Virus record (IMG/VR): IMGVR_UViG_3300007956_000001
Span: 56,183-76,182 of that record
Origin: an uncultured virus (IMG/VR IMGVR_UViG_3300007956_000001)
Lineage: Duplodnaviria; Heunggongvirae; Uroviricota; Caudoviricetes
Direction: 5' to 3' (one strand)
DNA length: 20,000 bases
Part shown: positions 1 through 7,600 of the stretch, piece after piece
Layout: the number at the start of each line of letters is the position of its first letter
Position numbering within the stretch: position 1 is the first letter of the stretch
Program-made: the position numbers and the translations under genes
The notes under the pieces: model-generated
What the model saw: only the letters and a program-made list of their open reading frames with translations
Databases searched by the model: none
Told to the model about the DNA's origin: nothing

Positions 1-810
1 GAAGAAGGAAGAAAGAGAGATAAAGCAGCAAATGCTGTTCTAGGATTAGCATTTGCTGCTAATGCTGCATCTTCACCGGAAGCAATGTTACGTTCTGGTC
101 ATGTTGAGGCACCTGGGTATCAACTCATGTCTAGAATGATGCGAAAAAGAAAGGAAGCAGATAGAAATCTTGATAATGAAAGAGTCTCTAAAGGATCAAG
201 AAATAGAAAGGTAAAGAAAGAACAAAAAACATTTAATTCATTTGTAATTGAAGCGCAAAAGCATTTTCCATCTAGAGCAGAATTAGAGAAGCATCATAGT
301 GGTATTCCTGATGGAATGTATGCAAATAATGCAGGAAGCACCGAAAATCCTAAGTGGAGACTAAAACCAAAGTCTGGTGGTGCGAAAGAACGTTCTGCTA
401 GAAAGGAAAGAATACAAGGTCTTAGTTCATCTGAGCAAAGAGATAAAGCAGAAAGAAAGACAGCAAAGATAAAGAAAAGAGGATATGAAGCACATCATAT
501 TACTCCAACACATCACTCTGCTAAATTGAAGTCTTCAATGAGTGATTCAGAGTGGAAAGAAAGAGTGAATAGGGATAAGAAGATTGGTGTTTATCATGGA
601 CATCAACCTAGAAATTTAATGGCAACAAAGAAGTCTACCGACTCCAAAGAAAAGAAAGGTGTCTATCATAGAAAAGGTGGAGCACATGAAATTGAAGGCA
701 AAGTAAAAGATCTTGTTTCTGGAGTGGGAAGCAAAGAAAGTGCAATTTCTCATAGAGATTTACTTAATGCTGCACTCAGAAAGCAAAGAAAACAGAACCA
801 AGATAAATAA
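1..810 (+). CDS. 5'-truncated basic protein, probable virion-internal protein with a C-terminal AHH/HNH-like His cluster
   Basis: Frame is open from base 1, so the true start is probably upstream. Internal KTFNSFVIE|A motif resembles the T4 capsid-targeting sequence. YEAHHITP...HQPRNL...YHRKGGAH follows. Confidence 0.6.
   Translation, partial: EEGRKRDKAANAVLGLAFAANAASSPEAMLRSGHVEAPGYQLMSRMMRKRKEADRNLDNERVSKGSRNRKVKKEQKTFNSFVIEAQKHFPSRAELEKHHSGIPDGMYANNAGSTENPKWRLKPKSGGAKERSARKERIQGLSSSEQRDKAERKTAKIKKRGYEAHHITPTHHSAKLKSSMSDSEWKERVNRDKKIGVYHGHQPRNLMATKKSTDSKEKKGVYHRKGGAHEIEGKVKDLVSGVGSKESAISHRDLLNAALRKQRKQNQDK
803..809 (+). promoter_or_regulatory. T4-like late promoter core ATAAATA
   Basis: ATAAATA just upstream of the ATG at 828. 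Confidence 0.5.
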
Positions 811-827
811 AAATAAAAGTGCGAGAA

Positions 828-2300
828 ATGAAGACTTTTAATCAATTTTTGGATAAGTCATATCTCTCAGAGATGCGTAAGGAAGATAAGGTAAAAGGTG
901 AGAAAAGGACACCTCTTTATCAAACTTTAAGTAAAAAGCATATTACTAAAGATGATGAAGGAAAGTGGAAAGTAAAGAAGTCTGAGAAGAAAGCACTCTC
1001 CATGAAAGCAGCAATGGGGAGAATGAAACAGGCTATGGATAATCCTACCAATCCATATTCCCGTGGTACTGAGAGGATTCCTGGAACCCGTAGACATCTT
1101 CATGGTGGTGGTGGATCTGGTGCAAGAGAAGAAGGTCTCGCAAGAGGAAAGAAAAAAGTAAAAGGTGAGAAGAAGGAAAGAGCATGGAATGATGCACCAA
1201 CTCCTGCACAGAAAGTTAAGGCTAAAAGAGATGCAGCAGATAAAACGAATAGGTCTTATTATGGTGGAGGATCTAGAAGAATGTATGAGGGTTATGATAA
1301 ACCCGATGAGAAACTGAAGACTGATAGGGATATGTTTAATGTTCCTAAAGATGAGCAGGATTCAGCAAAAGCACGACTTCTTGCAAAAGCAAAGAAGATG
1401 AGAGAAAAAAAAAAGTTAACTGAGGGTAGTGAAGCAAAATCTTGCCCTGATGGGAAGTATTGGTGTTTTGATGATGAAAAGTGCAAAAAGATTCCAAAAG
1501 GGTATTCAATAGGACGTGGTGGATATCTTTCAAGGGAAGATGATGATGATGATGTCGAAGTTAATGACATGGGTGATGGTGGAGGTGATGGTGGAGGACT
1601 GGGTGAAAGTAATATTCAGGAGATTGCACCTATTGCTCTTGGTGCTTTAGCATTAAAAGGTATTGGTGCGGGATTGGCAGGATATTCTGCTTATAGTGCG
1701 GGAAAGAATTTACAAAAAGGAAATTATGGTGCTGCTGCTTTAGATGCTCTTGGTGCTATTCCTGGTGTTGGTATATTTGGCAAAGGAGCAAAAGTAGCAA
1801 AGGGAGCAAGAGCAGCAAGAAATGCAGGAAGAGTAAATTCAGTATCTAAGGCAGCAAGAACTGGCAAAAATGCAAATAAAGCAAAAAAAATAACTGGAGT
1901 AAAGAGAAATGTTCTTGGTAATGTAGCATCTAATGCTCTTAATAAGATTACTAATAACTCCGGTTCTGATAATTCCCCATCTAAAAAATATGGTGCTAGT
2001 GCTAAAGATATGGATGCACCTGATAGTAAAGATGCATTGGAAAAGTATAGAAAGATGATTGCTAAGAAAAAGCAAGAGACTAATGTAGATGAAAATTATA
2101 ATCATTCTAATTGGAGAGATGATTTCTCTGCATTGGAAGTTGAAAGTTTTGACATTATCAAAGCAGAACCTCTAACACCATCAAAAGGTATTGGTAGTGA
2201 CATGCTTGATGAAAAGTGTTGGCCAGGTTATACTAAAAAAGGTATGAAAACTATGTTTGGGAAAAAGTATCCAAACTGTGTTAAGAAGAAAAGTAAATAA
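828..2300 (+). CDS. Modular virion-internal/structural protein
   Basis: Starts MKTFNQFLDKSYLSE (CTS-like; alternative GTG at 819). Modules are separated by xxE sites (MYE|G, LTE|G, IQE|I, LDE|K). Contains CPDGKYWC...C and CWPGY...GKKYPNCV motifs and a Gly/Ala-rich hydrophobic segment. Confidence 0.65.
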   Translation: MKTFNQFLDKSYLSEMRKEDKVKGEKRTPLYQTLSKKHITKDDEGKWKVKKSEKKALSMKAAMGRMKQAMDNPTNPYSRGTERIPGTRRHLHGGGGSGAREEGLARGKKKVKGEKKERAWNDAPTPAQKVKAKRDAADKTNRSYYGGGSRRMYEGYDKPDEKLKTDRDMFNVPKDEQDSAKARLLAKAKKMREKKKLTEGSEAKSCPDGKYWCFDDEKCKKIPKGYSIGRGGYLSREDDDDDVEVNDMGDGGGDGGGLGESNIQEIAPIALGALALKGIGAGLAGYSAYSAGKNLQKGNYGAAALDALGAIPGVGIFGKGAKVAKGARAARNAGRVNSVSKAARTGKNANKAKKITGVKRNVLGNVASNALNKITNNSGSDNSPSKKYGASAKDMDAPDSKDALEKYRKMIAKKKQETNVDENYNHSNWRDDFSALEVESFDIIKAEPLTPSKGIGSDMLDEKCWPGYTKKGMKTMFGKKYPNCVKKKSK

Positions 2301-2318
2301 ATAAAAGTAAAAAGTAAG

Positions 2319-2477
2319 ATGAAACCAACTCCAAAGGAAGCAAAGAAAATTCATGAGCACTACGAAGTTGTAGTAGAACATCTTATTAAAGAAGGATATT
2401 CTACGGATAAAGAGGGTGCTGATAGAGTTATTGAGGGTATGAGTGACATGTGGTTTAATCTTATTGTTGGAGAATAA
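2319..2477 (+). CDS. 52-aa protein not in the ORF track, with a HLIKEGY...MSDMW module
   Basis: MKPTPKEAKKIHEHYEVVVEHLIKEGYSTDKEGADRVIEGMSDMWFNLIVGE. ATAAATA at 2297-2303. Paralogous to modules in 2480-2968 and 5288-5719. Confidence 0.75.
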   Translation: MKPTPKEAKKIHEHYEVVVEHLIKEGYSTDKEGADRVIEGMSDMWFNLIVGE

Positions 2478-2479
2478 AA

Positions 2480-2968
2480 ATGAATTCACAAGACTTGCGT
2501 AATATTTGCGAAGCATATACTAATGTATATGAACCAAAAGAACTTACCGAACAAGAATACTGTGATGTAATTATTTTTGAATATCTGATTAGTGAAGGTT
2601 ATGTAGATACTGATGATGATGCATTAGTCATTATGTCTACTATGAGTGAAGAGTGGAGACAGAGCATTCTTGAAGCAGAAGTTCTTGCGATGAAGGGGGG
2701 TGTTCCTGGTTCTGTAAAAGTTAAACCAGCATTGAGTATTCCTGGAACTAGCATTGGTATTGGACCAAAAAGACCAGTTCCTGGAACCTTTACGACTACA
2801 ACTCCAGAACAAAGATCAAAAATTAAATCTGGTAATACACATATTGACCGTGGTATCTATAAACAACCAAGAAAGGGTGCAGGACCAACATACAATGAAA
2901 GAAGCAGATATAACTCAGAGTTAACTAGACAAAATAAACATTCTGCTCCTGGGATGAGAGAGTGGTGA
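2480..2968 (+). CDS. Probable virion-internal protein
   Basis: MNSQDLRNICEAY start, YLISEGY...MSEEW module, ILE|A site, then a basic tail. Confidence 0.7.
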   Translation: MNSQDLRNICEAYTNVYEPKELTEQEYCDVIIFEYLISEGYVDTDDDALVIMSTMSEEWRQSILEAEVLAMKGGVPGSVKVKPALSIPGTSIGIGPKRPVPGTFTTTTPEQRSKIKSGNTHIDRGIYKQPRKGAGPTYNERSRYNSELTRQNKHSAPGMREW

Positions 2969-2969
2969 T

Positions 2970-3040
2970 TATCCACTCCTCAAACCGTCCCCAAGACCGT
3001 GCCAAGACCCCTGATGGGTGCTATGATTACAGAGTAATCA
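2970..3040 (+). promoter_or_regulatory. Early-type promoter module, copy 1
   Basis: TATCCACT-N6-ACCGTCCC, then TGC-TATGAT (-10 at 3022-3027) and GATTAC-aga-GTAATC. Confidence 0.65.
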
Positions 3041-3058
3041 ACAAAGGGGTCGCACCTA

Positions 3059-3289
3059 ATGAACGTCATCGAGTTCACCAATTCTTCTGCCGTTGCTAAA
3101 GTTGGTATCGACCAAGGAGAGTCTCAAGTTGGTGTTGCTTTTACGTCTAATCCCGAAAAATACTATATGTTCCAATGTGATAATGTTGATGGATTTGTTG
3201 AGAGTCTGAATAAGACTGTCTCCGAAGAGGAGAGTGTTGGGAAGTTTATTTCTCAACTGCGTAAAGAGGGTACTTTGACTGCTGTCTGA
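3059..3289 (+). CDS. KTSC-domain-like small protein
   Basis: SSAVAKVGID...VGVAF...YYMF...ESVGKFI matches the KTSC pattern SSxIxxVGYD...VxF...YxY...SxGxFF. Confidence 0.6.
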   Translation: MNVIEFTNSSAVAKVGIDQGESQVGVAFTSNPEKYYMFQCDNVDGFVESLNKTVSEEESVGKFISQLRKEGTLTAV

Positions 3290-3293
3290 ACAC

Positions 3294-3324
3294 TTGACAT
3301 CCTAGGGGTTATCCTCTAGGATGT
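3294..3324 (+). promoter_or_regulatory. Sigma70-type promoter overlapping a hairpin
   Basis: TTGACA(3294)-17 nt-TAGGAT(3317). ACATCCTAGGGG-ttat-CCTCTAGGATGT inverted repeat at 3297-3324. Confidence 0.7.
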
Positions 3325-3330
3325 TCTTAT

Positions 3331-3402
3331 GGGACTATCGCATATTGGTTAATGCCCACTGCTTATAACGGTGTGAACCGGGTTCAATTCCCGGTAGTCC
3401 TA
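3331..3402 (+). tRNA. tRNA-Ile(TAT)
   Basis: Acceptor GGGACTA/TAGTCCT; anticodon arm CACTG-CTTATAA-CGGTG; T arm CCGGG-TTCAATT-CCCGG. Confidence 0.88.
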
Positions 3403-3404
3403 CT

Positions 3405-3560
3405 TAGGAACTTGAGACGTTCCAACCAAAGGTGCCACCCAGAATGATGGATGGAACTAACTCCCTTTGGATGTTCGCAGTGGTTTTGCGTCCTACTCCA
3501 TTACAAACTGTCAGTATACTGGGTGTAATGCCCACATAGCATACGGATAAGTGTAATGTC
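3405..3560 (+). ncRNA. Structured RNA between tRNAs, probably a manA-motif RNA
   Basis: Stems GGAAC/GTTCC (3407-3423), CCAAAGG/CCTTTGG (3426-3470), CGCA/TGCG (3476-3490) and CATTACA/TGTAATG (3499-3558) enclosing TGGGT/GCCCA. Family assignment is from recall of cyanophage manA RNAs and is unverified. Confidence 0.55.
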
Positions 3561-3562
3561 TT

Positions 3563-3646
3563 GCGAGTATGGCGGAATCGGTAGACGCACCAGACTTAAA
3601 ATCTGTTGAGAGCAATCTCGTGGGAGTTCAAGTCTCCCTACTCGCA
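3563..3646 (+). tRNA. tRNA-Leu(TAA)
   Basis: GCGAGTA/TACTCGC acceptor; loop CTTAAAA; long variable arm GAG-AGCAAT-CTC; T loop TTCAAGT. Confidence 0.95.
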
Positions 3647-3662
3647 CTTTGTTCATCTTATT

Positions 3663-4244
3663 ATGATTACTACAGAACAGTTCAAAGAAATCTGTGAGAC
3701 TCAGATTGATTGGAACAAAGTATTTGGAACATTTCGAGATGTTTCTGAAGACCCTGGTCTGAAGAGTAATTCTGATAACTTCTTTCGTTCAAAGGCATTT
3801 GAACTTGCAGTATCTTGTTTTTCACCATTTAAGTATGTTGATGAAGATGGTGTAGACTTCCACATGGATTACAATGGGGAAACTATTCGTATCGAGCAAA
3901 AAGCACTAAAAGGTTTCTTTTATGGAAATGGTAAGTGTAAACAAGTGAAGATGAAGAATTACCGAGGAGATACAAGTGAATCAACATTTAATCGGTATAA
4001 GACAGAGAATAAGTTTGACTTCGTTATGATTATTGATTACAAGAATTATAAGGTTGCTGTTGCTTCCCGTGAAGTTGCACAGAGTTGCTACATAAGCAAG
4101 GGTGATGGTGTTTTCTCTATTTTCACTCCAAAAGATATGACAACTTTGAACATTGATTTGGATTATTTCTCATTACCATCTTCAAATGTTCGATTGTCCG
4201 AAACAGTCAACAGCACAATTGTAAATTGGATTAGGAGTAGGTAA
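3663..4244 (+). CDS. Putative PD-(D/E)xK restriction-endonuclease-like protein (193 aa)
   Basis: Start moved to ATG 3663 to avoid tRNA-Leu. FELAV helix, then GVDF...IRIEQKALK motif. Lies upstream of the methylase. Confidence 0.55.
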   Translation: MITTEQFKEICETQIDWNKVFGTFRDVSEDPGLKSNSDNFFRSKAFELAVSCFSPFKYVDEDGVDFHMDYNGETIRIEQKALKGFFYGNGKCKQVKMKNYRGDTSESTFNRYKTENKFDFVMIIDYKNYKVAVASREVAQSCYISKGDGVFSIFTPKDMTTLNIDLDYFSLPSSNVRLSETVNSTIVNWIRSR

Positions 4245-4259
4245 GTGTTAAATGTATTA

Positions 4260-4418
4260 ATGAATGTAATAAAATTGTATATTGCTTCTGCACGTTGGGG
4301 TAATCTAACTATTGAAGACGCTGAATTAATTTGTAAATCACCATTTGGCAAAGTAATGGGTGCATGTTATATTAGAAGTACAAGATTATCTCTATGGAGT
4401 TGTAATACTTTAGAATGA
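4260..4418 (+). CDS. 52-aa hypothetical protein not in the ORF track
   Basis: MNVIKLYIASARWGNLTIEDAELICK...TLE. Stop overlaps the methylase ATG (ATGA). Confidence 0.55.
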   Translation: MNVIKLYIASARWGNLTIEDAELICKSPFGKVMGACYIRSTRLSLWSCNTLE

Positions 4419-5257
4419 AGCAATTTCCACTTAAAACTTGTTTACGATATCCGGGTGGTAAAAGTAAAGCATTGAAAACTCTTGCACCTTGGTTTCCCTC
4501 TGACTTCAAAGAGTTTAGGGAACCATTCTTGGGTGGTGGTAGTATTTCATTGCTTGTAAGTCAGAATTATACTAAGACACCTATTTGGGTGAATGACAAA
4601 TATTTTTACTTATATAATTTCTGGGTACAACTTCGTGATAATGGATTGGCATTATCAGAAAAGTTGAGGAGTATCAAAGAAGAAGTAAATGGTGACGATG
4701 AAGCACATAAAGAGTTGTTCAAACAATATCAGAGTGATATTGAAACTCTAGAACCATTTGACCAAGCAGTTGCTTTCTTCGTGATGAATAAGTGTTCTTA
4801 TTCTGGTTTGACTGAAAACTCCACGTTTTCTGTTCAAGCATCACGTTCTAACTTTTCTTTGGTTGGTATTGATAAACTTCCAAAGTATTCTTATATTATC
4901 AGAGATTGGAAAATAACTAATATTGATTATGCAGAAGTGATGAATGCTCCTGGAGAAAATGCATTTATTTTTCTTGACCCTCCATACGATATTAAAGATT
5001 TCCTATATGGTACTGGTCGCAAACTTCATTCTTCTTTTAGTCATGAGAGGTTTGCTGATGATGTTGATTCATGTCCACATCGATTCATGATTACTTACAA
5101 TGTAAATGAGTGGTTGCTGAATCGATATAAAGAGTATAACTTGAATGAGTGGAAACTTCGTTATTCCATGGTTCATAGAGGACAAAAGGGTACTAACGAC
5201 AATGTGAAAACAGAATTGCTAGTCACTAACTATAATCTTCAAGACCTGACATTATAA
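4415..5257 (+). CDS. dam: DNA adenine methyltransferase (Dam/D12 class, N6-adenine)
   Basis: LRYPGGKS, motif I EPFLGGGS, catalytic FLDPPY, C-terminal ELLVTNY. Confidence 0.93.
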   Translation: MKQFPLKTCLRYPGGKSKALKTLAPWFPSDFKEFREPFLGGGSISLLVSQNYTKTPIWVNDKYFYLYNFWVQLRDNGLALSEKLRSIKEEVNGDDEAHKELFKQYQSDIETLEPFDQAVAFFVMNKCSYSGLTENSTFSVQASRSNFSLVGIDKLPKYSYIIRDWKITNIDYAEVMNAPGENAFIFLDPPYDIKDFLYGTGRKLHSSFSHERFADDVDSCPHRFMITYNVNEWLLNRYKEYNLNEWKLRYSMVHRGQKGTNDNVKTELLVTNYNLQDLTL

Positions 5258-5260
5258 ATA
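5253..5260 (+). promoter_or_regulatory. T4-like late promoter TATAAATA
   Basis: Exact TATAAATA upstream of ATG 5288. Confidence 0.75.
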
Positions 5261-5287
5261 AAAATATTCAGGCAGTTTTAAATAGAC

Positions 5288-5719
5288 ATGAAATCCCAAG
5301 ATTTAACAAATTTAAGAGAACTAACTAACGGAATCCTTTCTGAGTCTACTCAAGGACAAGAAAGTTTCATGAATAGTTGGCCCTATACTGCTCCTTACTT
5401 AAGTGAAGAAGCACATGTAGAAGAATATGCTTCTGAAGTAGAAACTGAAGTTACGGAAGAATCAAATTTGTTTGATGTAATATCTGGATTCCTAGTTTCT
5501 GAAGGTTATTCTGAACAAGAATCACTTGAAATGATGGCAATTATGACCGAAGAACAAAAAGACATAATTATTGAATTTATTGCTGCACCAGCAGGATCAC
5601 CTATTGATAGACATAGTAGAGGTATATCAAAATATGATAAGAGAAGTGAAAGAAGAATAAGAATGGATAACTTTGCTGCTAAAAGAACGAAGATGTTAAA
5701 TCAACCCAAGACACCCTGA
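5288..5719 (+). CDS. Late, probable virion-internal protein
   Basis: MKSQDLTNLRE start paralogous to 2480; FLVSEGY...MTEE module; several LSE/IIE sites; basic tail. Confidence 0.7.
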   Translation: MKSQDLTNLRELTNGILSESTQGQESFMNSWPYTAPYLSEEAHVEEYASEVETEVTEESNLFDVISGFLVSEGYSEQESLEMMAIMTEEQKDIIIEFIAAPAGSPIDRHSRGISKYDKRSERRIRMDNFAAKRTKMLNQPKTP

Positions 5720-5754
5720 AAACTAATTAATCTATATAAAAATTATTCTTTATC

Positions 5755-6441
5755 ATGGCTATTTTTAATTGGTTTTCTATTCCAATATATGAAAAATCTC
5801 TTCTTCCACCAGAACAGGTAGAAGAAGAGATGTTGTTTTATATGAGAGAATATGATAGTAATGTATACTCTCTTGAAAAAAATAAACAAAGGAAAAATAT
5901 AACAGGTGATACTGACGGCAATGCTGATATTGCTAATTTAAGAGAATTTTCTTGGTTAGTTGAAGAAGTTTCAAGAGGAGCAACAGAATATTTGAAAGAG
6001 TTGAATGTCGATATGGATAATGTTGACTTATTTGTGCAAAAATCTTGGCCAGTTGTTTGCTCAACTGATGGTGGTAATGTGTCCTCACATAGACATCTTA
6101 ATTCCCATCTTAGTTGTGTATATTATATTCAAAAAGAATGCAGTAAAGAAGCAGGTGGGTCATTAAGATTTTGGATGCCAGATAATCATCCATTGAATAC
6201 TCTTCCTGTGCGATTTAAGGATGGTTGTAGGACAGATTTATCAACAAATTTTATTGATTATGATTTTTCTAAAAATATGTTGATTATATTTCCTTCAATG
6301 TTATCGCATGAAGTTACTAGGTATGTTTCCAACATACCTAGATACTCTGTTTCTTTTGATATTATCATTTGCAGTAAAATGAATACAGTTGAAAATGATG
6401 AGATGGTCTGTGCTAATCCATTTAGGTGGAAGAAAATTTAA
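5755..6441 (+). CDS. 2OG-Fe(II) oxygenase-like protein (TIGR02466-type)
   Basis: SW...HRHLNSHLSCVYY...IIFPSMLSHEV...RYSVSFD. Confidence 0.85.
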   Translation: MAIFNWFSIPIYEKSLLPPEQVEEEMLFYMREYDSNVYSLEKNKQRKNITGDTDGNADIANLREFSWLVEEVSRGATEYLKELNVDMDNVDLFVQKSWPVVCSTDGGNVSSHRHLNSHLSCVYYIQKECSKEAGGSLRFWMPDNHPLNTLPVRFKDGCRTDLSTNFIDYDFSKNMLIIFPSMLSHEVTRYVSNIPRYSVSFDIIICSKMNTVENDEMVCANPFRWKKI

Positions 6442-6469
6442 AAAATTATTATATCAGAGTTCAAATTTT

Positions 6470-6498
6470 TTGACATAATACACTATATCATGTATTAT
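6470..6498 (+). promoter_or_regulatory. Sigma70-type promoter for tRNA-Ser
   Basis: TTGACA-17 nt-TATTAT. Confidence 0.75.
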
Positions 6499-6507
6499 AG
6501 TAAACAT

Positions 6508-6592
6508 GGAGAGGTGGTCGAGTGGTTTATGGCACTGGTCTTGAAAACCAGCGATGTGAAAGCATCCGTGGGTTCAAATCCCACTCTCTCCG
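6508..6592 (+). tRNA. tRNA-Ser(TGA)
   Basis: GGAGAGG/TCTCTCC; CTGGT-CTTGAAA-ACCAG; long variable arm; G discriminator. Confidence 0.95.
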
Positions 6593-6621
6593 TTGACAAT
6601 TAAAACCTATTTTGGTATAAT
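6593..6621 (+). promoter_or_regulatory. Consensus sigma70 promoter for tRNA-Val/Pro
   Basis: TTGACA-17 nt-TATAAT with extended TGn. Confidence 0.85.
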
Positions 6622-6630
6622 TGTTTTATC

Positions 6631-6702
6631 GGGTGAATAACTCAGAGGTAGAGTGTCTCCTTTACACGGAGGTTGTCGGGGGTTCGATCCCCTCTTCACC
6701 CA
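6631..6702 (+). tRNA. tRNA-Val(TAC)
   Basis: GGGTGAA/TTCACCC; TCTCC-TTTACAC-GGAGG; GGTTCGATCC. Confidence 0.95.
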
Positions 6703-6705
6703 TTT

Positions 6706-6779
6706 CGGAATGTAGCTCAGTTTGGTAGAGCACTCGCTTTGGGAGCGAGATGTCGCAGGTTCAAATCCTGTCATTCCGA
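6706..6779 (+). tRNA. tRNA-Pro(TGG)
   Basis: CGGAATG/CATTCCG; CTCGC-TTTGGGA-GCGAG. Confidence 0.95.
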
Positions 6780-6818
6780 CTTCCTCTATATAGAGGAACA
6801 AATATAATATATAACTTT

Positions 6819-6989
6819 ATGAAAATAAATTTATGGTACTGTACTGACATGGGTCAGTGGAGATGGACTCTTACCACTGATGAAGAAAGTACTCCAGTAA
6901 AAATGGAATCAGGTCAAAGACCTTTTCTTAAAGATGCCATGAACGATGTTGCTATTACAGTTGAATACTTATTGAACTATAAAAATTAG
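6819..6989 (+). CDS. 56-aa hypothetical protein
   Basis: MKINLWYCTDMGQWRWTL...; start moved from 6750, which lies inside tRNA-Pro. Confidence 0.7.
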   Translation: MKINLWYCTDMGQWRWTLTTDEESTPVKMESGQRPFLKDAMNDVAITVEYLLNYKN

Positions 6990-6997
6990 CATTTCAA

Positions 6998-7069
6998 TCC
7001 TCTTTAGCTCAGAGGTAGAGCGAACGACTGTTAATCGTTTGGTCCCTGGTTCGATCCCAGGAAGGGGAG
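6998..7069 (+). tRNA. tRNA-Asn(GTT)
   Basis: TCCTCTT/AAGGGGA; AACGA-CTGTTAA-TCGTT. Confidence 0.95.
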
Positions 7070-7072
7070 TTT

Positions 7073-7154
7073 GTCGATGTGGTGGAATTGGTAGACACGC
7101 AAGGTTTAGGTTCTTGTGTCGCAAGACGTGAAGGTTCAAGTCCTTTCATCGACA
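7073..7154 (+). tRNA. tRNA-Leu(TAG)
   Basis: GTCGATG/CATCGAC; CAAGG-TTTAGGT-TCTTG; variable arm GTC-GCAA-GAC. Confidence 0.93.
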
Positions 7155-7178
7155 TTGTAGTTTTAATTACTACAAATT

Positions 7179-7355
7179 ATGGATAAAAAAATTTATGTGG
7201 TTACATGGACTAATCATATTGTTGGTCAAGTGAAACCAGAAGACATTAAATGTTTTGATAATCGTGAAATAGCAATTACTTTTGCTAAACTCATGACTAA
7301 TGAATATAATTACGTTAATACATTTGAAGATTATGCCTCAAACTGGAACCAGTGA
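7179..7355 (+). CDS. 58-aa hypothetical protein not in the ORF track
   Basis: MDKKIYVVTWTNHIVGQVKPEDIKCFD...NWNQ. Confidence 0.65.
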   Translation: MDKKIYVVTWTNHIVGQVKPEDIKCFDNREIAITFAKLMTNEYNYVNTFEDYASNWNQ

Positions 7356-7533
7356 ATATGATTTTGGTGGTCTTGAAAGACATCCTGTCAATGTATTAAG
7401 ATTAATTAGTGAGTTGGAGGGGTCATCTCAACTATGTAAATACATGGGGTTTAAGGATGATATGGATACTATTAATGAAATAAAGAAGAGATATTATAAA
7501 TTATATTTTAAATTAAAAAAAGAGGGGAATTAA
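7333..7533 (+). CDS. 66-aa hypothetical protein
   Basis: MPQTGTSEYDFGGLERHPVNVLRLISELEG...; stop falls inside tRNA-Ala. Confidence 0.7.
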   Translation: MPQTGTSEYDFGGLERHPVNVLRLISELEGSSQLCKYMGFKDDMDTINEIKKRYYKLYFKLKKEGN

Positions 7534-7596
7534 CTCAGTTGGTAGAGTGCAACCTTTGCAAGGTTGAAGTCAGGAGTTCGAGTCTCCTATTCTCCA
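7524..7596 (+). tRNA. tRNA-Ala(TGC)
   Basis: GGGGAAT/ATTCTCC with G3:U70; CAACC-TTTGCAA-GGTTG. Confidence 0.95.
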
Positions 7597-7600
7597 TTTT

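Noticed and set aside
1405..1415. A10 run with AAAAAAG slippery sequence
   Set aside because: The frame stays open, it encodes a Lys run in a Lys-rich protein, and no stimulatory structure is evident
3606..3662. N-terminal extension of the ORF at 3606 (likewise 6750, 14230, 16176, 17174)
   Set aside because: These extensions run through tRNA genes or promoter modules; downstream ATGs fit better
6607..6801. Minus-strand 64-aa ORF
   Set aside because: Antisense translation of tRNA-Val and tRNA-Pro
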